DNA from: Schmidtea polychroa
Lineage: Eukaryota
Direction: 5' to 3'
Assembly: GCA_044892525.1 (NCBI GenBank)
Contig: CM097885.1
Location: 187,426,001-187,490,000, forward strand
Length of the DNA stretch: 64,000 bases
Shown here: positions 13,401 to 25,100 of the stretch, one piece after another
Position numbering within the stretch: position 1 is the stretch's first letter
How the letters are laid out: each line of letters opens with the position of its first letter
Translations under genes and position numbers: made by a program
Notes under the pieces: model-generated
What the model saw: only the letters and a program-made list of their open reading frames with translations
Databases searched by the model: none
Told to the model about the DNA's origin: nothing

Positions 13401-16371
13401 TTAATCTACAAAATTTCATGCACAAGCTGGAAATTAGAAGGGTTTTAATTCAACAGTTGCACCTGGATTTGATAACGATGGTAAAAGATCTGATGATTAC
13501 CAATTTAATAAGGGATTTATGCAATTTTTTCAATTTGATTGGTTTTAATAAAATCGACAAATTTTTTGCGCAAAAATGCGTTTGCTGTATATATTCCTCC
13601 TCCGCTGCTGCTGCCACCACCATCACAACCATCATAATCATCAATAACAGCAACAAACCTAATCCAATCCAATGCAATTAATTGCACAGTAAACAATAAA
13701 GAAACCAACACACTCACAGGCACACATCCTTATATACACACTTATCCATGTGTTGCACATCCTAGCTACTCTGAGAATTGTTAATTGTATGATGGGTTCG
13801 TTCAACTTGCTGAATCATCTGTTCATGTCAGTGTGTCCTTTTTTTACCAAAGGATGTTTCACATTGATATATTTTAATTGAGTAAAAATTGAATCTACTT
13901 TTGGCCACTTTAGCACTTAGTTATACCACCTTTCTCTATTGCGCGCGCTCTCTCTCTCTCTCGCAACTACTCTTTAGCTGTGTTTCATTTTTATAGCTAC
14001 TGAAATAGTTCATTTTATTAATTGTCCAAGTAACTACTTTTATTCATTTTCAATTATGTTTTCTATGTGCTTTTTGTCCTTCTGATTACATTTATTTTAA
14101 TAATAATGATTTTTCCATTATCGATGTTACATTGTTCTTGCATATTTACTAGGAGGAAATTTTTTTTTTAGAAATATTTACATATTTATTTACATAAAGC
14201 CAAATTGATCCACGAATCTGATTTCTAGACAATATTTAGAATTTATGTAAATGGTGTTTGTGTTACATTCTTTTCTTTTCTTTACTCCCCTATTATTATA
14301 ATAATTATTATTATATTAGTCCGTATTAATAATAGAATCCTTTTAGAGTTGTAGATCTTCAATATTTATTGTAGACCCAAGATTAGAAACAAATTTTCAA
14401 CCAAGTCCCATACCTAGTCCCAATAACAAAAGTTACGCAATGGTTTCTTTCTCTTTTTACACTTGACTTTATCGTTGATCTATTTTCTTTTAAGGAGCCA
14501 TCTCATTATGGTATAGTTCAATCATCAATGAAAAATAGTTAGTTTTTATATTTTTATCTCTAATTTGATACATAAATTGAATTTATATTGCTGAATCTTA
14601 ATAAATTGATTAATATTATTATTAAATATCAATAAATTAATCCTAAAATAAGAATTGATTAATAATAAATTGATTATTATTATTTATATGGATTATAATA
14701 TTAGATGTTGCTTAAATAAGTTTTAATTTTCATAATAAAACTTTTGTACTGATATTACAAAACGTATAAATTAGAAAAAGACTGCTGAAAATTAGTGTTA
14801 AATATTGCGAAAATATTGATCGATTAGTTATATTGCAAATTATTCACTGTTCCATAAATATAATTCTCTATGCTACTTCATTTTTTGCCGCGCTTTTCAT
14901 AATTTCCCAAACATTCTCAATAATTATCAACTCTGAACGGTTTGGAAGTCGTTTTAGTATATTCTTTCTACTTGGAATGCATTCATCGACTTCTTTTAAA
15001 CGTGGTAGTTCCTTTCTATACTTTAAACTTTGATAGTAGCAATATATTTTAGTAAGGTTTTAAATAGTAACTCTAAACTGCTTCAATTACAAATTTTTTT
15101 TAGGTACCTGGATTCAGAATTTATTTTCATTCAAATTTATTTACTGAAAATTTACTGAAATTTTAAAATCTCTATTTTGTATTTTTGAAAAACTAATCCC
15201 CAAATTCATCAATTACACTTCATCGATTCTTTCTATAACATTTGCTTTTCGAATTCTTATTTCTTTTATCTTCCTCTTTTCTAATCCTATTTATTTGTCG
15301 AACTAAGTCCCATATCTATATTTATATTCAATATTCCTATGCATGACCTCAATTTACATCCAAATTTGATATGTATACCTCTTGATATCCATGCCAGCAA
15401 TGAAATAATAAACCACAAATGACTTTTATTATTACGCCAGATGGATCCAATACAAAAACTTTAGATTTTTAAGGAAATTATTACTGTGATCTTAGTATAT
15501 CTTGACATCCATCCTAGTAATGAAAATATAGACCAAAGAACACTGAGATTGCTAAGCCATCAGCTAAGCCATCATTTCCTTAAATTTGAACGAAATTTTG
15601 ACATCGGTACAGGCATTATAGAAGTAGTCAAATTAAAAAAGCTAACCAAAAATATTCGATTACATACGTTTTCAAATCCCGAGTGAAGCCGGCTTATTTC
15701 AATAGTTTTTATATAATATCATATAATCTATAGATATGATATATTGATATAATATATTATATTGATAAAATTTAATATAATATATTGATAAAAAATATTA
15801 TCTATTTTATTAAATTCAATCATTATTTAAAATTGAATTAAAATTTATATTAATATTTCATAAACAATTCAGCGATAATCACTAATTTTCTCTGTGCATA
15901 ATATCATAAATCTGCCATTCTTTATTGGATCTTGCTTATGTCATTAATTTCACTGAAATATTAATTTGTTGGATTATTTTCTGGAAAACCTAAGTCTAAC
16001 TTGATTTCTGTGTAGATGAGCTCTATCTTGACACCCCTGGTAATTCACCAAATCGTAACGATTCAGAGAAAAACATTCCATACATTAGTCCAGAAGAAAG
16101 ATCTAATTTTTATCAGATTCCCAGTGTAAAGGTAATTAATTGAAATGCTTCTGAAGTTGTGATTATCATCAAGTAGCGTGAGGATTTCATACCAGCAACT
16201 TATGGTCCAGTAATCCACAATTATGCTTCCTATAGCGATCTTATTTCCCATTTCCCTATCAACCGACCGAATGACGAAACAAATGTTACCAGTACTACCA
16301 ATATGGGGATCATAGATCCTGATGGACATCCAAGTACTACAATGCGACAAAATTGTATTTATAATAAATGA
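4478..16371 (+). CDS. RFX7: RFX5/RFX7-subfamily winged-helix transcription factor. Predicted exons 4478-4740, 4789-5058, 7028-7144, 7199-7596, 9797-9856, 9934-10271, 12279-12509, 12559-12626, 12680-12722, 13441-13480, 16016-16131, 16177-16371 (2139 nt, 712 aa)
   Basis: [27 protein letters not shown] matches the RFX5/7 N-terminal segment. WVLSHLEE...[13 protein letters not shown]...[36 protein letters not shown] is the RFX DNA-binding domain. All joins are GT-AG and phase-consistent. Exons 1-4 are secure; exons 5-12 rest on splice sites and frame only. Confidence 0.85.
6006..6560. repeat. Tandem array in RFX intron 2, period 250 bp (2 units plus a partial third)
   Basis: tcaattataaaaactc starts at 6006, 6256 and 6506. 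Units differ by substitutions and small indels. Confidence 0.85.
10785..11020. repeat. Degenerate 50-70-bp tandem repeat in RFX intron 6
   Basis: ttttttcgattttaaaacaa...ttggaaaaactgt recurs about four times. Confidence 0.7.
14866..15480 (-). pseudogene. Possible Tc1/IS630-like transposase remnant inside the long RFX intron (13481-16015)
   Basis: Minus-strand [21 protein letters not shown] resembles the SPELNPIENVW catalytic-Glu motif. Surrounding frames are broken. Confidence 0.3.
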
Positions 16372-16499
16372 TGTTGATTTGATTTATGAATGTACAGTCA
16401 ATGTATAGAGCACTATTGACAGTGCTTACGCTATCTATATTTACCAGAATTTAAATGCTTTTTTTCGTTCCTGTACATCGGTTATATAATTCGGTTGTG

Positions 16500-17400
16500 C
16501 GATGTAACTTTTATCAGAAATATATTTATGGTCTTGGGTTTTTATTGTCATTATCATTTTTTTATTATTTATTTATACTTTTGTTTTTCATTTATATTTT
16601 TTATTAATAATTTTTTTAAATTATTATTTTATATTTATTTATATTTAATAATTTTATATATTTTTATATTTAATTATATTTAATCATTTTATATATTTTT
16701 ATATTTAATAATTTTATATATTTTTATATTTAATAATTTTATATATTTTTATATTTATTTATATTTAATAATTTTATATATTTTTATATTTTTTATATTT
16801 ATTAATTTTATATTTCATATTTATTTATATTTAATAATTATATATTTATTAATATTTAAAATTTTTATTTATTATTATTTTATGTTAATCTTTTTTTAAA
16901 TTAAATTTTTTTGGAATGAAAAATTTGTAGTATTTATTTTATTATTAATTTAGTTTACAATAATAATTTTCTCTTAAATTTATTTTTATAATTTTTTATA
17001 TATTAATAATTTTTATTTTAATTGTTATTTTATTTTAAATTAAATTTTTTTGGGATGAAAAATTTGTAGTATTTTTCAGCTTTTAATTTATTGTAGTAAA
17101 CTAAATTAATAACAAAATATAATTTTTTTGAATCGTTATTTATTTTGACTAATTATATTTTTTTATTTATTTAGTTTACAAAATGAAATTTCTCTTAAAT
17201 TTATTTTTATAATTTTTTTAAATCGTTATTTTATATTTATTGAGTTTTAATAATTTTATTTTTTATATTTAATATTTTGTTTATTTTTAATTTTTAATGA
17301 TTTTTATATTAATATTTTATTCTTGTTTTTTTTTATTTTGAAACATTAAAAAATATAATTATTTTTGGGATAAAAAATTCTAGTATTTTTAAAATCAGTT
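16500..17400. repeat. Near-pure A/T low-complexity tract with a recurring tttttgg(a/g)atgaaaaatttgtagtattt motif
   Basis: Direct inspection; motif near 16905, 17045 and, more diverged, 17362. Confidence 0.75.
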
Positions 17401-17649
17401 TTGAATTTTACCCACAAATTTTAAAGGTGACTTAATGGCTTACAACTGATGTGATTACAAAATATTTACGTATTCAGGTTCTGAATTTGGAGCAAAATAT
17501 TTTGTATTGTTATGAAAATCATTATAATTTTGATTTAGAAATAGAGCTCCATGATTAGTAAATGATTATTTTGAATTACTGGAGTTTCGGGAATATTTAT
17601 TTTATAGAATATTATTTACATACAAAAAATGTTTTTTGGTTTTTTTTGT

Positions 17650-18130
17650 AGAATTTATTATTTTTTAGTGTAAGAGACAGTTTGAAACATTCACGGATAT
17701 TTATATCAGTGCTTCCTATACCATTTGGTGCACCATCTTTTGTTTTATTTTTTTCAATTCTGGTTTTTTCTCTCTGTAGATATTTTAGACAGTGTTTTAT
17801 ATATTTTCATTTTTTGGATATTTTGCAATTTCTGATTTTGTCATGATTTTCTATTAGGATTTCGCTTTCCAGTAAATAAAGTGAGGGTTTTTCATTTTCT
17901 GATCAACAAATTTATTGAGTTCGAGTGATTTTTCCAATATTTTTACAGCCCGCTTTTGACCAATTATTAGTTATTCTATCACAAAAAATGCTAATTTTGT
18001 ACTTCATATTATTTCATCTTACCACAATACCAACCGCACATTGCAAAATGTAATCATGCAGAAATAATTTTTCATGTAGAAGGTACCGCACCATAATTCA
18101 TCATTGTCCCTTTGTTAGGTTCGTATAGTT
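17650..18130 (-). pseudogene. Possible DNA-transposase N-terminal remnant (hATm-like)
   Basis: Minus-strand NLTKGQ**IMVRYLLH...NNWSKAGCKNI resembles the LPTKGQV...IWxKA N-terminus I associate with hATm-type transposases. Multiple stops. Confidence 0.3.
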
Positions 18131-19024
18131 AAAATCTGACTCCAATTAAATTAAAATGTGCGTTAAGTTAAATAAATAAATAAACAATATTATTAATTAA
18201 TACAATTTTTTTCAAGCTAAATAAAATTGACTTCAGTTAATGGTTATATGAAATTAAATCTGTTATTCAAACAGGCCTAAAAGTTATTGCTAAGAAATCA
18301 AGGCTGATTCTAATTTGCACCAACAGCCCGATATATGTGAAAGATTAGGGTTTTCCCCAATAATTTAAACGCGATAGTATTGGCCCAGATTATAGTCAAT
18401 ACTTACCCTAACTCTTTGTCCTTCTGCTAATTATACCTGAAGTAAAACATTATTTTAAAATTGAATAAAAAATTAATTAAACATGTATCCTTATTTTTCC
18501 TTCAGTTGATAAATAAATTTCCACAAGTAATAACTACAGAGATTCGTTTGAAATTGATAGAGCAATTTTCCAACAATATCGATTCCATTCTAATTGAGAA
18601 AATATTCAATAAAATAGCTAATAAGAAGTACATCTATGATTATGTGTTTTCCTGAAATTGTTTTCTGTCTTCATTGATTTTGATGTGTTTTATCGTCATA
18701 ATTGGTAATATTAAACTACCAAAAATACTCATTATTACTATATATAATATTTTCTACTTTTACTTATTATTTATTTAATTGCTAAATATAATAATAAACT
18801 AATAAAATATCTATTTTACTGTGATTCCAGTTGCCCTAATTTCTCTCGAACCCTAACACATTTCTCGCCATAATTCATATAAAATGTATGATATTAACAC
18901 GAATCACTATTTTCTTTATCGAAATATTTTCAAAAATACTTGAAAAAGCCTGTGCCGAAAATTTGTGAATATCAATTAAACGTCAAAATATGTACTGGTT
19001 CATAGTCAATTTTTTAATAAATAT

Positions 19025-19341
19025 TGTTAGAAGCTATAACATTTAATTCTTCTGTCATCAAAATAAATTACTAAGACTATTAAATTCAAAATTATATTTC
19101 ATTAAATCTGATTATATAAACAAATATTCTTGGGACATTTTCTAAATTTTAATTTCAACCAAATATTAACATACCATCGCATTCATACTTGAATTTCAAT
19201 TTTATTAAAGATTATTTAATTTTAAAATTTCAATTATCATTTCAATTTTAATATCTTAAAATAATTTAAGTTTCAATTAAAATTTTACAAATTTTAATCA
19301 TGAACTAATTTAATTTAGTATTTTAATTTTAACTCCTCACA
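19025..19341 (-). repeat. 3' LTR of the Gypsy element
   Basis: tgttagaagc...aactcctcaca, near-identical to 23768-24084. Confidence 0.97.
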
Positions 19342-19354
19342 TCCCCCTTTTTTA
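19342..19354 (-). promoter_or_regulatory. Polypurine tract of the Gypsy element
   Basis: Minus-strand AAAAAAAGGGGGA directly before the 3' LTR TG. Confidence 0.9.
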
Positions 19355-22300
19355 AAATGTTTGATCTTCTCAACATTTCTGACTACCATCTTCCCATTTT
19401 GATCTTTAAGTAAGTAGCTCCGTTCATGTATTTTCTTTATCACTTTGTACGGCCCTTCCCACCTTGCATCGTCTTTATTTCGAATTTCTTGTTTGATCAA
19501 AACCAAATCTTCTATTTCAAAATCTCTCACTGTTTTGCTTATTTTTGGTTTTAGTGTTTTATCCTCTATTCTCTTTTCCATATCTTCTCTATTTATTTCT
19601 TTATTCGAGTACCATTTCATTCTGTCGATTTTCCTCCCAAATATAATCTCTGCTGGGCTTACTCCCGTTGTTTTTTGAACTGTTGCATTTAAAGTATATT
19701 CTATTTCTGGCACTATATCAGCCCAGTTTTTCCTTCCTCCTTCATTCAATGACGCGTTAATATACTCTCTGATTGTTCTGAATTGTCTTTCAATAATACC
19801 ATTCGTGTTATGGTGATATGGGCTTGAGAAAATTAATTCAATGCCAGCTGCCTTTGCTAGTTCTTTTATACTTCTTGCTTCAAAGTTCTTCCCACAATCT
19901 ACATGAAGTTCTTTTGGAGCTCCAAACTTTAATATCCATTTATTTAATAACGTCTCACTAATTGTTTTTTCGTCTTGCTTGTTTATGGCCGTTAATGAGA
20001 TGTGTTTACTATAGTGGTCAATGATTCCGCAAATATATTTCTTTTTGTTGAACGTTTCTTTCAATGGCCCACATATATCCATATATATCTTCTCGAATGG
20101 TTCTGTACTCTTTATTGTTTGAGTTTCCTCCTTTGTCTTGGTTGTTATCGTTTTCATTTTCTGACATCTTTCGCAGTTCTCAATTACCTTTTTTACTTCC
20201 GTTGCTAAATTTTCCATGTCGCAGTTATTCTGGATATATTTCGTTACTTTCTGTGCACCTGCATGGCACAGCAATACGTGTACTTCTTTTATCATCCTCT
20301 GTCTATTATCTGACGGTACCCATATTTTACCTTGCTTAGTTAGTACCGTGTTGTTTTCCATTATGAACTTACAATCTTTATTTTCTAACTTATTCTTTAT
20401 TTCTTGGACCTCCATATTGTCATTTTGCCACTTGTTATATCCGCCTTCTGCTGTTACTGTTAATATTCTGGTTTTAATTTTGCCGGTTTTTGGGTCTTCG
20501 TGTTCCATCATACACTGTACACATGTTTCGCATGTTTTCCTGGATAGCATATCCGCGTTTGTATGGCTTGTTCCTTTCCTGTATTTCATTTTAATATCCA
20601 GGCTGCTTAAATAGTTGATCCATGTCTGGAATTGAGCAGTTATTGGTTTCTTCGTTGTTACCATAAACGTAATAGCTTTATGGTCCGTTCTCAGTACGAA
20701 TCTCTTACCATATAAGTAATGGTTGAAATGTTTACAAAAATAGTATATTGCCAATAATTCTTTTCTGGTAATGCAGTATCCTTTTTCGTGGCTGCTCATC
20801 GCATGTGAACCATATGCAATGACATGTTCATGTCCTTTTTCATCCTTTTGCGAAAGAACTGCTCGAATAGTATCGAAGCTCGCGTCTGTGTCTAATATAA
20901 ATTCTTTTCTGAAATCTGGAAATACCAATACTGGGGCGGTTATCAATGCTTCTTTCATTTCCCCGAAAGCCTTTTCACACATCTCTGTCCATCTTATTTT
21001 CTCATTGTTTTTTCCGCATATGCTTTCTAGTGCTCTTGCCTTCTTTGCATAGTCTTTTATGAACCGTCGATAATAGTTACAGATACCCAGAAAGCTCCTT
21101 AGATTCTTTACACATTTTGGCTTTTGAAATGATTGTATTGCTTCTATCTTAGTATTATCTGTTTGTATGCCGTCTTTATTTATTATGTGTCCCAGAAACT
21201 TCACTTCTTTTCTAAATATTTGACATTTTTCGGGGTTCAATCTTAGTCCTGCTGTTGCGATCTTCCCTATGACTTTTCCAAATATGTTATAATGGTCTTC
21301 TTCTGTCTTTGTGAATATTAGGATGTCGTCTAAATATACCATCACTCCATCTTTCCACAAATCTTTCAATACTTTCGTCATTAATTCTTGAAATGTTCCT
21401 GGTGCCGCTGCAATACCGAACGGCATCCTGTTAAAACAGAACTGTCCTTCTTTTGTTGAGAATGCTGTTTTCTCTTGAGATTCTTTATCTAACTTCACTT
21501 GGTAATAAGCATTTCCCAAGTCGATTGAGCTAAAATATCTGGATCCGTGTAGGATGTCTAAAATTTCATCTACATTTGGCATTGGAAATGCTTGTCTTTC
21601 TGTTATCTTGTTTAATTGTCTGAAGTCTAGACAAAGCCTGATGTCTTTTTCTCTTTCTTCCATACACAAACTAAAGGTGTGTTCCACGGTGAATTACACT
21701 TCCTAATTATTCCGTTGTTTTCTAGATTTTTTATTGCTTCCTCAATCTTGTCTTCCAAATTTATTGGCTGACGTCTCGGTTTAATCATTATTGGCTCTCC
21801 TTTCGTGATGATCTTTTGTTTTATCAGATTGGTACACCCAATGTCCCATTTATCTGCCATAAAAACATTCTTGTTTGCCTGAAATATTTCTAACAGTCTC
21901 TTATTTCCGGTAACCTTTAAAACGTCGATGGCATGACGTAATCTTTCTTCATCTGTTATAATCCGCCCAAATCTAGCTTCTATTTCGCAAATGAAATCAC
22001 TACGTTTTTCATGTTCTTCTAGTATACATTTCAATTCTATACCAAATAACCTTTGTAGTTCTACTCCTCCAATAATTTCTGGTATTAAATTCTTTACTAT
22101 AATGAATGTTACATTTCTTTCAATACTGCCCATTTTAACATTGATGTTTATTTTACCCATAGTTTCTAATCTACTGTTGTTTGCACATCTTAGCGATTCC
22201 CTTGTTTCTAATATTTCGATATTTTCTAATCGATCAATTACAGATTTAGCCATCACATTAATTCGCGCTCCTGTATCCAATAAACAATCTACTTTCCGCC

Positions 22301-22682
22301 CTTGGATATCCAGTGTTGTACTCGGTCTACCTTGCATTATATTATATGTTATTACTGGACTTTTTTGTTCTTCTACTGACAAAATATTCTGCTCTCTAGT
22401 ATCTTCTACAATTTCATTAATACACACGTCTCCATTTTTCTTGAGGAATTTGTAAATTTTCTCTATAGTTCTTTCCTCGCGTTTTACTAATTCATTTACT
22501 TTACACTCCTCTTTAAATTTTTTTCTGAATTTCCTTATCATTCGACTTTTTGATTTCTACACTACTATTATTATTAATATCACGTTCAAAAACACTACAA
22601 TCTTTATCAATCATACAATCATCATACATACTTAAATTACACATACCGTTAGCATTCATTCTTTGGTTGAAATCAATATTAC

Positions 22683-23768
22683 TTAGTAAATTGCTCCGAT
22701 CAATGTCCCGTTTGACGGAGCGTGCTCGTTTGGGTCATTCTCCCTGTTATACTCGTCTGGCTGGCTTGACTGTTTTGTATTCATCATCTCATCATCAGAC
22801 TCGATAGCTGCAATATCTTTTCTGTTATATTGTTGGTTTCCCCATTGTCTTTGATGTACGTTCCTTGATTGATACATATCTTCCCTTTGTTGATAGGTAT
22901 TTCTTTGAATTCTTCCTCCTGACATCTTACTTTGGTCTCGATCTCTTCCTTGATTTCGTCTTTCCATATTTGTGTAGCACTCTCTTTCTTTGTGTCCTCG
23001 TGCATTGCATCTATGACATTTGATTGTTGGGCATTCTCTTCGTATGTGACCTTCAACACCACATGCATAACATTGAAATCTTCTTTTTATATTACATTCT
23101 CTGCTACTGTGTCCCGGTTTTTGATACGTCCAGCATTCTATCACTTTAATTCTTGTCTCTGGTTTCCATTCGTTGATTTTTCTCTTCGTGGCTCCAACTT
23201 GTACTACATCTCTATAAGTTTTTCCCCCAGTTGTAGGTCGTATTGATCTCACCGTGTTTACTTGTTCAATAGTCTTGTTAACTTTTTCTATCTTCTTTAT
23301 ATTTTCTTTAATTTGTTCCGCCGTTTTGAGATCTTTCATTTCGATTTCTTTCCTGACTTCTTTATCTTTTACACAATGTGTCAATAAACATTTCTGAATT
23401 TCTTCCTCATTCCAAGTGTGTGAGGCCAATTTTTTAGTCATTTTTGATATTTTCTCTATAAATATTTCCGCTGATTCGTTACCTTGCTCGTAGTTCAAAG
23501 CTTCTCTTAAGTCATCAATCAATGACGTTGGTCGATGAAAAGCTGCTCTTAATTTCTGTTCAACGGTTTTACCATCTGCGGTTTCATATTCTTCAATCAA
23601 AGTCCTGTCCAGAAGTGTAATAACTAGTACCATTTGTGTCATCACTGGTGTCTTCGTTATTTCAAAGAACCTCTGACATTCTTTGATAAATAATTCGAGG
23701 TCATCTCCTCTGTGGAATTTTTCTGGAAGTAATCTTCCAATAAGCAGATCCGTTGGAATGGTCGCCAT
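22683..23768 (-). CDS. gag: Gypsy Gag with three CCHC zinc knuckles (the first degenerate); the ORF track extends it to 23804 inside the LTR
   Basis: CWTYQKPGHSSREC, CYACGVEGHIRREC and CHRCNARGHKEREC in an uninterrupted ORF. Confidence 0.93.
   Translation of the reverse strand: MATIPTDLLIGRLLPEKFHRGDDLELFIKECQRFFEITKTPVMTQMVLVITLLDRTLIEEYETADGKTVEQKLRAAFHRPTSLIDDLREALNYEQGNESAEIFIEKISKMTKKLASHTWNEEEIQKCLLTHCVKDKEVRKEIEMKDLKTAEQIKENIKKIEKVNKTIEQVNTVRSIRPTTGGKTYRDVVQVGATKRKINEWKPETRIKVIECWTYQKPGHSSRECNIKRRFQCYACGVEGHIRRECPTIKCHRCNARGHKERECYTNMERRNQGRDRDQSKMSGGRIQRNTYQQREDMYQSRNVHQRQWGNQQYNRKDIAAIESDDEMMNTKQSSQPDEYNRENDPNEHAPSNGTLIGAIY
22694..22734 (-). promoter_or_regulatory. Putative -1 ribosomal frameshift signal: slippery C CCA AAC, 6-nt spacer, GCUCCG/CGGAGC stem-loop
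   Basis: Heptamer at 22734-22728 in X XXY YYZ register with gag. Hairpin GCTCCG-TCAA-(8 nt)-TTGA-T-CGGAGC follows. The -1 frame stays open about 70 codons, past the gag stop. Confidence 0.7.
23750..23767 (-). promoter_or_regulatory. Primer-binding site (TGGCGACC...), possibly for tRNA-Arg
   Basis: TGG start immediately after the 5' LTR terminal CA. The tRNA identity is from memory and untested. Confidence 0.8.
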
Positions 23769-24084
23769 GTTAGAAGCTATAACATTTAATTCTTCTGTCA
23801 TCAAAATAAATTACTAAGACTATTAAATCCAAAATTATATTTCATTAAATCTGATTATATAAACAAATATTCTTGGGACATTTTCTAAATTTTAATTTCA
23901 ACCAAATATCAACATACCATCGCATTCATACTTGAATTTCAATTTTATTAAAGATTATTTTATTTTAAAATTTCAATTATCATTTCAATTTTAATATCTT
24001 AAAATAATTTAAGTTTCAATTAAAATTTTACAAATTTTAATCATGAACTAATTTAATTTAGTATTTTAATTTTAACTCCTCACA
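23768..24084 (-). repeat. 5' LTR of the Gypsy element
   Basis: Near-identical to 19025-19341. Confidence 0.97.
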
Positions 24085-24115
24085 AATATAATGTCAATAA
24101 TAATAATAATAATAA

Positions 24116-25100
24116 TGTTGGGTTTTATGATACTAAAAAGTCGATCGCTGGTTACTCTGACTCCACGTGTCCCAAAAATTGATAAACTCCCAACGTATAT
24201 TTGTTTTATAGTAAATTTATAATTCTCAATAAATAATTACAACTTTTAGTTAACCACAATTTTGCTCAAAATGTTTGATCGAACTTCGCCCTGGAACTTT
24301 GTGCGATTTAAAAATAAATTTCACCTTTTTATTTGATTCCACTCTCTGATCCGAACTCCTTTAATGCTAACTCTTTTCTAATTTCTAACTCTTAAGTTCC
24401 TCTTATAATTCCCTTTTATTTCTTAGCTTTGTTCATCAAACTCCTATTGTCAGTTTCTTCTTCCCTACCTGAGGCTACTGCCGATTATCTGAATTTGGAG
24501 TTTCCTTATATATTCCCATAATTGTTGTAATTGCCCCGTTTTTGACCTAATTGGTTTTGACTTCCTTAGTTATCGTTTTATAATTAGTTATTTCTGTTGA
24601 CCCTTTTAGTAATTCTCCTTCTTTTGTTTACCCTCGTTTATCAGACTGTTTAACTAATTGCCCCCTAAATTCCCAGTTTGTTTATTCTCCCAAATTGCGA
24701 CGCTCAGGTTTTCTTCATCGCTCGGACTTCCCCATTAGACAATTAATTAATTAATTAATTAATATTTTGTGTTTTTTCATATTTGCCTGTTTTACGACCC
24801 TTTCTAACCATCTTCTAACAATTTCTTGCTCACTGTCTTCTTCACCATCCCCTACTCTACCCCTCTCCCATTTTTCACCTTCAATGTCGATAACATTTAT
24901 TCCACTTTATTCCACTTCCTCAGGTGTGTGCATTTTTCCATTTCGTGTCTGATTGTACCCTTTTACAGTTTTTAATATATCTTTCTTTGCCATTACTTCT
25001 CTTCTTGACCGCCATTCTTTTTCTTTCAATTTCGGTTTCCTTTTTATTCGGAACTACTCAATTTGATATAATTTAATAATTTACTTTTACAATCTCAACA
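24116..25100. mobile_element. Repeat family A, complete 985-bp TGTTG...CAACA copy (probable solo LTR) inserted in an (AAT)n tract
   Basis: Short terminal inverted repeat TGTTG/CAACA. Partial copies at 2652-3257 and 62131-62845. TSD not resolvable in the microsatellite. Confidence 0.65.

Larger units (their letters stand above)
19315..22734 (-). pseudogene. pol: Gypsy pol (protease, RT, RNase H, integrase) broken by two single-base homopolymer indels
   Basis: LLDTGA (protease), YLDDIL (RT), LDTDAS (RNase H), HAGAQK...CERC and DIC/DCG/IIERQ (integrase). Frame changes at the A7 run 22518-22524 and the A5 run 21646-21650. Confidence 0.93.
19025..24084 (-). mobile_element. Full-length Ty3/Gypsy LTR retrotransposon (5060 bp)
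   Basis: 317-bp TG...CA LTRs at 19025-19341 and 23768-24084 with about 3 mismatches seen. 5-bp TSD AATAT (19020-19024, 24085-24089). PBS and PPT abut the LTRs. Domain order gag-PR-RT-RNaseH-IN. Confidence 0.97.

Noticed and set aside
13418-13723. Three overlapping ORFs around 13418-13723
   Set aside because: Driven by trinucleotide low complexity. The region is better explained by RFX exon 10 and the following intron or UTR.
16063-16350. 95-aa minus-strand ORF as a separate gene
   Set aside because: The plus strand gives two phase-matched exons separated by a typical 45-nt GT-AG intron. The minus ORF is probably their shadow.
19445-23246. Plus-strand ORFs and 22784-23068 (-) within the Gypsy element
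   Set aside because: Antisense or alternate-frame shadows of gag and pol.
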